Below, piece after piece: positions 57,752-64,000 of a DNA stretch of 64,000 nucleotides. This stretch comes from Escherichia coli (GTDB taxonomy: Bacteria; Pseudomonadota; Gammaproteobacteria; Enterobacterales; Enterobacteriaceae). Each line of letters starts with the position of its first letter. The stretch's first letter is position 1. The position numbers were made by a program, and so were the translations under genes. The notes beneath the pieces were generated by a model. The model saw only the letters and a program-made list of their open reading frames with translations, ran no database searches and was not told the origin of the DNA. Where the stretch lies: the NCBI RefSeq assembly GCF_030384885.1, contig NZ_CP128613.1, one strand, 5' to 3'.

Positions 57752-59173
57752 ATGAATATTACCAATGATGTAATTAAAAATAGCGGAATTGCATTTGGTA
57801 CAAGTGGTGCTCGTGGATTAGTGAAAGATTTTACACCCAACGTGTGTGCTGCATTCACTTATGCTTTTATCGATGTAATGATGAAGGATTTTTCTTTTAA
57901 AGAGGTTGCGCTCGCAATAGATAATCGCCCAAGCAGCTATGCTATGGCACAAGCTTGCGCAGCAGCATTGTTGGAATGTAGTATTAAACCTATTTACTAC
58001 GGTGTAATTCCAACTCCAGCTTTGGCAAATCAAGCGATTGCCGATGGGATTCCTGCAATAATGGTTACTGGAAGTCATATTCCATTTGATAGAAATGGTT
58101 TGAAATTCTATCGTCCAGACGGGGAAATTTCAAAAGAAAATGAGAACAGCATTATACATGCTGAAAAAGAATATCCTGATGTAACTGTATTGCCAGAATT
58201 ACAATGTTCAAAGCGTGCCGCTGATACTTATATCGAGAGAAACACTTCAATTTTTTCAAATATATTTAAAGGTAAACGTATCGGGATTTATGAACATTCA
58301 AGTGCGGGACGGGATCTTTATCCAGAAATATTCAGTAAGCTTGGTGCTGAAGTTGTAAGTATTGGTAGAAGTGATGAGTTTGTGCCTATTGATACTGAAG
58401 CAGTATCAAAAGAAGATGAAGAAAAAGCTTTACACTGGTCATCTGAGTATGACCTCGATATGATTTTTTCTACCGATGGTGATGGCGATCGTCCTTTGGT
58501 TGCTGACGAAAATGGCGTTTGGTTACGGGGTGATATATTAGGACTATTTTGCTCAAAGGCAATGAATATTGAAGCGGTAGCTGTACCTGTAAGTTGTAAT
58601 ACGGTTATTCAGACCTGCGGGTGGTTTAATCATGTAACGCTGACTAAAATTGGTTCACCATACGTCATTTCAGCGTTTGATTCTCTGAATAATAGTTTTG
58701 ATAGTGTTGCAGGGTTTGAGGCTAACGGTGGGTATCTTTTAGGTAGCGATGTAAATTATAACAGCGGTATGATTAAAGCGCTTCCAACAAGAGATGCTGT
58801 TTTGCCTGCTTTAATGGTACTGGCACTGGCTATAAAAAATAATGTGACTATTTCAAAACTTTTGGCGGAGTTGCCACCACGATTTACCTATTCAAATAGA
58901 GTTCAAAATTTTGCAACAAGCAAAAGCAAAAGCATTATCGCGTCAGCTCAAGAAAATCCTCAAGAATTTATCGAAAGAATAGGCTTTGTCGACCTTCATG
59001 TACAATCGGTGGATACAATTGACGGGTTAAGATTGACACTAAGTGATGGTTCAATAATCCATTTGCGACCGTCAGGCAACGCACCTGAATTGCGATGCTA
59101 TGCAGAAGCAGATAACATAATAAAAGCTGAGAAATTAGTGTTAGAAATTTTGCATAAAGTTACTCTTTTGTAA
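57752..59173 (+). CDS. manB: Phosphomannomutase (O-antigen copy, PMM/PGM family)
   Basis: Track ORF from 57716; ATG at 57752 ([22 protein letters not shown]) is the likely start. Motifs [11 protein letters not shown] and DGDGDR. Confidence 0.88.
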   Translation: MNITNDVIKNSGIAFGTSGARGLVKDFTPNVCAAFTYAFIDVMMKDFSFKEVALAIDNRPSSYAMAQACAAALLECSIKPIYYGVIPTPALANQAIADGIPAIMVTGSHIPFDRNGLKFYRPDGEISKENENSIIHAEKEYPDVTVLPELQCSKRAADTYIERNTSIFSNIFKGKRIGIYEHSSAGRDLYPEIFSKLGAEVVSIGRSDEFVPIDTEAVSKEDEEKALHWSSEYDLDMIFSTDGDGDRPLVADENGVWLRGDILGLFCSKAMNIEAVAVPVSCNTVIQTCGWFNHVTLTKIGSPYVISAFDSLNNSFDSVAGFEANGGYLLGSDVNYNSGMIKALPTRDAVLPALMVLALAIKNNVTISKLLAELPPRFTYSNRVQNFATSKSKSIIASAQENPQEFIERIGFVDLHVQSVDTIDGLRLTLSDGSIIHLRPSGNAPELRCYAEADNIIKAEKLVLEILHKVTLL

Positions 59174-59356
59174 AAAAATATAAACTTTTTTCTACTCTTG
59201 AGCGGTTTGTCATTGAACCGCTCAGTAATAGATTATTTTTAACTTGTTTATATTTAGCATTGGTGTTTTTATTTGCGTTCATCCCGAATAAGAGATTGTA
59301 AAATTAACTGTTTCTTGTTTTTCAAATGAGTTACTTCACTAGCAAAGCTAATTACT

Positions 59357-60688
59357 ATGCATAAGCAATATTATTCATTATTGTGCAATAAAATACAGTT
59401 TAAACATCTGGCTATATATTTTTCTGTATTTCTTTCACTATCCTCATGTTTCTTGTGGGGAGGGGCGGATACATTTGTATCGCAAGTGTATATTGATATT
59501 TTAGCCACTATATCTACAGCTCTATTAGTTATTTTGATGTTCTATTATTATATTAATAGAGTTCGCTATTTATCACTAACCTTACTTTTTGCATTCGTTT
59601 TTTCTTTGATTATTGGTTTGCCATCGATTTATCTTTACTATTTTAAAAACGCAAATCATGGGTTTGAAATAATTTGTATCTGGGGGATGTTGATCAATTC
59701 CATCCTTTACTTGCAAACAACAGAGACTGTCATAAAAGAAGAAAAAAGATATTTAACTAGTTTATTTTATATTTTGTTTTCTATTGTTGCACTGTGTCAA
59801 TTATGCAAAATATTAATTTATCTTATGTTTATATTGAATTCAGGAGAAGGGCATTTAGCAATTTATACTGAAAGCGAAGAATTGCTATCCCAAGTTCCAT
59901 TTTTTATTCGTGCTATTAGTGGTTTTGCAGTTGTAATGTCATTGTCCACTTTTTATTTTAAAACACCGACCTACATTAAAGTTATTGCATTTATTTTACT
60001 TGCATCTGATTTAGCTATTGGAATACGTAATAAGTTTTTCTTTTCAGTGATTTGTATTTTTATACTATATATGTACTCTAATGAGTATAGAGTAAGGAAT
60101 TTATTTAAGCAGCTCTCAAAACCAATATTTCTCATCGCGGGTTTTTTATGCTTCTCGATGGTATCGTATTTCCGTGAAGGGTACCAAATCGATTTTATGA
60201 ATTATATTGGCATTGTTTTAGATTCGCTATCCTCTACTCTTGGGGGGATGCAGAATTTGTTTGATATGCAATCATCAGGATGGGATCAACTTCATCCCGC
60301 TGTGGTATTCACACAAGTATTACCGCTAAGCGGTCTTGGTTTTCTTGATGATCAACAAATCGCAAAAGATTTTTCAATAATTGTTTTAGGTGATGTATCC
60401 TCTGGTATTGCGTTGTCATCTTCAGGATTGTTAGAGTCATCGTTGCTGAGTCTAAATTTGGGAGTGATTATTTATTTACTGTATTTATCAGGGGTGATGC
60501 TATTTATTAAATGGGGACTAAATAATCAACGGATAATAATAAACTTTGTTGCCATCTCCATGATATCTGGATTTTTTTATGCTGTTCGTGGTGAACTGAT
60601 TTTGCCATTGGCTTTTCTTCTAAAATCATTGCCGATTGTTCTTATATCTCCATTACTTGTTAAAAATAAAATTTATCATGGTCAGTAA
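59357..60688 (+). CDS. wzy: O-antigen polymerase Wzy (putative)
   Basis: 443 aa, highly hydrophobic multi-TM protein, very AT-rich, no recognisable enzymatic motif; start codon uncertain. Confidence 0.7.
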   Translation: MHKQYYSLLCNKIQFKHLAIYFSVFLSLSSCFLWGGADTFVSQVYIDILATISTALLVILMFYYYINRVRYLSLTLLFAFVFSLIIGLPSIYLYYFKNANHGFEIICIWGMLINSILYLQTTETVIKEEKRYLTSLFYILFSIVALCQLCKILIYLMFILNSGEGHLAIYTESEELLSQVPFFIRAISGFAVVMSLSTFYFKTPTYIKVIAFILLASDLAIGIRNKFFFSVICIFILYMYSNEYRVRNLFKQLSKPIFLIAGFLCFSMVSYFREGYQIDFMNYIGIVLDSLSSTLGGMQNLFDMQSSGWDQLHPAVVFTQVLPLSGLGFLDDQQIAKDFSIIVLGDVSSGIALSSSGLLESSLLSLNLGVIIYLLYLSGVMLFIKWGLNNQRIIINFVAISMISGFFYAVRGELILPLAFLLKSLPIVLISPLLVKNKIYHGQ

Positions 60689-60729
60689 GTGGTTTATTTT
60701 TCGACCAGGATCTCACCAGTAGGCATGAC

Positions 60730-61965
60730 ATGATCAAAGAAATTTTCTCCGATGGCATTTTTTCGCTATTTAATAAAATATGTTACTTCGGTTTTAAAAC
60801 ACTTGCAATAATTCTGATTACTCGTTCCTTAGGAGAAGATGTAGGCGGAGAGTTCATTTTTTTAGTTGGTTTTCTCGAAGTCCTTCGGGTGGTTACTGAT
60901 TTTGGTGTGGATCTGTTTGTTATAAAAAAATATAATGATTCTACAGATAAAATAAAACTATTAAATGTAACGTTTGCACAAAAAATTCTTTCTGGAGTAA
61001 TTGTTTCACTACTGTTTTGTTTGTATTCTTTTGTTCATGGTTATCAATATAATGTCTATATTCCTATTGTGTTAGCCTTACCTGTTGCTTTATTTTTTAA
61101 TTTCTCAAATAGCTATTTTCAATCTCTCAATTCCAATAAATCCCTCACGTTTCCGATCGCAATTGCATCTATTGCAACGTGTACGATCTTCGCTATTCAG
61201 TATTTTTTAAACGTTAAATTTAACGCATGGGATTACCTGTGTGTTGAACTATTATTCGTATCGCTGGTTACACTAAAACTATTCGTTAGTGTCAAGTTTA
61301 GGTTTATTAGAACGTCAGCTTTTGATGTGCTAATGTCAATTCTTTCTTTATATAAATATACATTAAGTATAGGTCTTACAGCTGTTGTTGTAATTATTTA
61401 TAGCCGTGTAGATAATTTTTATCTCAAGACATTTGCCCCAGGGGATCTTGCAGCATATGGCCAGATATTTAGGATGGTTGATCCACTGGTTATGGTTTCT
61501 TCTGTATTTTCTACAGTTGCCTATGCAAGATTTTGCCGAATTAACTTACAAGAAAAAAATGCTTTTACTAAGGTGTTTCAGTTCCTGTTATGTATTGTGG
61601 CATATGGCGTGCTGAGTTCATTAGTTTATTTCTTTATAATAAAATACCTGGGTCATTTTGTGTTGATTTCTAATGTTAATAATGATTTCTTGATAATGAT
61701 GTTCTTGATTGTTGCATGTGTGAAATGTATCAATGGTGGTACAACTGCAATAATTCAGTCACAGGGGTTTTATAAAGTGGGTTTGTATGTTTCGTATGTT
61801 TGCATTTTGACATCGATACCAACTATGTATTTCTTAATAATGAAGTACGGTGTTAAAGGTGCTGCTATGACGATTCTGCTTGTAGAGTGTATTAGTTTCA
61901 TATTACTTCTCTGCAGCTTTTTTATGATAAAAAAGATGCGTCCTAAAAAAACATTCGAAATGTAA
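60730..61965 (+). CDS. wzx: O-antigen flippase Wzx (putative)
   Basis: 411 aa multi-TM protein; N-terminal region ILITRSLGEDVGGEFIFLVGFLEVLRVVTDFGVD resembles the PST-family flippase N-terminus. Confidence 0.7.
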   Translation: MIKEIFSDGIFSLFNKICYFGFKTLAIILITRSLGEDVGGEFIFLVGFLEVLRVVTDFGVDLFVIKKYNDSTDKIKLLNVTFAQKILSGVIVSLLFCLYSFVHGYQYNVYIPIVLALPVALFFNFSNSYFQSLNSNKSLTFPIAIASIATCTIFAIQYFLNVKFNAWDYLCVELLFVSLVTLKLFVSVKFRFIRTSAFDVLMSILSLYKYTLSIGLTAVVVIIYSRVDNFYLKTFAPGDLAAYGQIFRMVDPLVMVSSVFSTVAYARFCRINLQEKNAFTKVFQFLLCIVAYGVLSSLVYFFIIKYLGHFVLISNVNNDFLIMMFLIVACVKCINGGTTAIIQSQGFYKVGLYVSYVCILTSIPTMYFLIMKYGVKGAAMTILLVECISFILLLCSFFMIKKMRPKKTFEM

Positions 61966-62117
61966 TCAATGAGTCCTCTTTGAATAGAATTAGTTTGTTC
62001 TATTTATGAACACTTAGCTTGAGTAAGTTCTAACATAGATTACTAATTGTTTGATACTATCTGCTTTACAAGCATAACCGCGTATGTCGCGGTGACCACA
62101 CCTGACAGGAGTATGTA

Positions 62118-63524
62118 ATGTCCAAGCAACAGATCGGCGTCGTCGGTATGGCAGTGATGGGGCGCAACCTGGCGCTCAACATCGAAAGCCGTGGTTATAC
62201 CGTCTCCGTCTTCAACCGCTCCCGCGAAAAAACTGAAGAAGTTGTTGCCGAGAACCCGGGTAAGAAACTGGTTCCTTATTACACGGTGAAAGAGTTTGTC
62301 GAGTCTCTTGAAACCCCACGTCGCATCCTGTTAATGGTGAAAGCAGGTGCAGGCACGGATGCTGCTATTGATTCCCTCAAGCCATACCTCGATAAAGGTG
62401 ACATCATCATTGATGGTGGTAATACCTTCTTCCAGGACACCATTCGTCGTAACCGTGAGCTTTCTGCAGAAGGCTTTAACTTCATCGGTACCGGTGTTTC
62501 CGGCGGTGAAGAAGGTGCGCTGAAAGGACCTTCCATTATGCCTGGTGGGCAGAAAGAAGCCTATGAACTGGTTGCGCCGATCCTGACCAAAATCGCCGCC
62601 GTTGCTGAAGATGGCGAACCGTGCGTTACCTATATCGGTGCTGATGGCGCAGGCCATTATGTGAAGATGGTTCACAACGGTATTGAATACGGTGATATGC
62701 AACTGATTGCTGAAGCCTATTCTCTCCTGAAAGGCGGCCTGAATCTCTCTAACGAAGAACTGGCACAGACCTTTACCGAGTGGAATAACGGTGAACTAAG
62801 CAGCTACCTGATCGACATCACCAAAGACATCTTCACTAAAAAAGATGAAGACGGTAACTACCTGGTTGATGTGATCCTGGATGAAGCGGCTAACAAAGGT
62901 ACTGGTAAATGGACCAGCCAGAGCGCGCTGGATCTCGGCGAACCGCTGTCACTGATTACCGAGTCTGTGTTTGCCCGTTATATCTCTTCTCTGAAAGATC
63001 AGCGCGTTGCCGCGTCTAAAGTTCTCACTGGCCCGAAAGCGCAGCCAGCAGGCGATAAGGCTGAGTTTATCGAGAAAGTTCGTCGTGCGCTGTATCTGGG
63101 CAAAATCGTTTCTTACGCTCAGGGCTTCTCTCAGCTACGCGCCGCGTCTGAAGAGTACAACTGGGATCTGAACTACGGCGAAATCGCGAAGATTTTCCGT
63201 GCTGGCTGCATCATCCGTGCGCAGTTCCTGCAGAAAATCACCGATGCATACGCCGAAAATCCGCAGATCGCTAACCTGCTGCTGGCTCCGTACTTCAAGC
63301 AAATTGCCGATGACTACCAGCAGGCGCTGCGTGATGTCGTTGCTTATGCTATACAGAACGGTATCCCGGTTCCGACCTTCGCCGCTGCGGTTGCCTATTA
63401 TGACAGCTACCGTGCCGCTGTTCTGCCTGCAAACCTGATCCAGGCACAGCGTGACTATTTCGGTGCGCATACTTATAAGCGCATTGATAAAGAAGGTGTG
63501 TTCCATACTGAATGGCTGGATTAA
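62118..63524 (+). CDS. gnd: 6-phosphogluconate dehydrogenase, decarboxylating
   Basis: 468 aa; N-terminal NADP-binding [16 protein letters not shown]. Confidence 0.97.
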   Translation: MSKQQIGVVGMAVMGRNLALNIESRGYTVSVFNRSREKTEEVVAENPGKKLVPYYTVKEFVESLETPRRILLMVKAGAGTDAAIDSLKPYLDKGDIIIDGGNTFFQDTIRRNRELSAEGFNFIGTGVSGGEEGALKGPSIMPGGQKEAYELVAPILTKIAAVAEDGEPCVTYIGADGAGHYVKMVHNGIEYGDMQLIAEAYSLLKGGLNLSNEELAQTFTEWNNGELSSYLIDITKDIFTKKDEDGNYLVDVILDEAANKGTGKWTSQSALDLGEPLSLITESVFARYISSLKDQRVAASKVLTGPKAQPAGDKAEFIEKVRRALYLGKIVSYAQGFSQLRAASEEYNWDLNYGEIAKIFRAGCIIRAQFLQKITDAYAENPQIANLLLAPYFKQIADDYQQALRDVVAYAIQNGIPVPTFAAAVAYYDSYRAAVLPANLIQAQRDYFGAHTYKRIDKEGVFHTEWLD

Positions 63525-63550
63525 TCTGATTTAACCAACAATAAAATTGA

Positions 63551-63583
63551 GGCCCGGCGTATATTGCACCGGGCTTTTTTTTT
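63551..63583 (+). terminator. Rho-independent terminator downstream of gnd
   Basis: Stem GCCCGG...CCGGGC followed by a run of nine T. Confidence 0.8.
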
Positions 63584-63764
63584 GCCAAATATCTTATAGA
63601 CTAAATTTCACTGCTTAATATTAACTTAATAAATATCAGCTATTCTTATAAAGAAAATCTGAATTGTTTTTCGTTGCGTTGACCATCTGACAACGTAGCG
63701 TTAAAACTTTTAACTCTTATCAGGATGCTAAAAACATCATGATTCACAGTTAAGTTAATTCTGA

Positions 63765-64000
<236 letters not shown>

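Overview
This window is an Escherichia coli chromosomal segment, reverse-complemented relative to the K-12 map, running from the baeSR/mdtABCD efflux locus through the complete colanic acid (wza-wcaM) cluster to galF, a non-K-12 O-antigen cluster, gnd and the start of ugd. Gene calls rest on ORF lengths and protein motifs read from the six-frame track plus recalled K-12 synteny; no database search was run. Order: a partial HEAT-repeat-like ORF at the left edge (not the yegQ expected from K-12 synteny), yegP, baeR, baeS, mdtD, mdtC, mdtB, mdtA, three tandem ibs/sib type I toxin-antitoxin repeat units, yegL-yegK-yegJ-yegI, yegD, alkA, dgcE, udk, dcd, asmA, yegH, then the capsule and O-antigen genes. 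The O-antigen cluster is compact and AT-rich (two glycosyltransferases, manC, manB, wzy, wzx) and both it and wza are preceded by JUMPstart/ops elements. The most interesting candidate system is yegL-yegK-yegI, a vWA / PP2C phosphatase / Ser-Thr kinase triad with the architecture of the TerY-P phosphorylation triad. Secondary points are the three-copy ibs/sib array, the unexpected left-edge gene, and a REP-flanked structured segment between asmA and yegH. No CRISPR array, integrase, transposase, tRNA or rRNA was seen.
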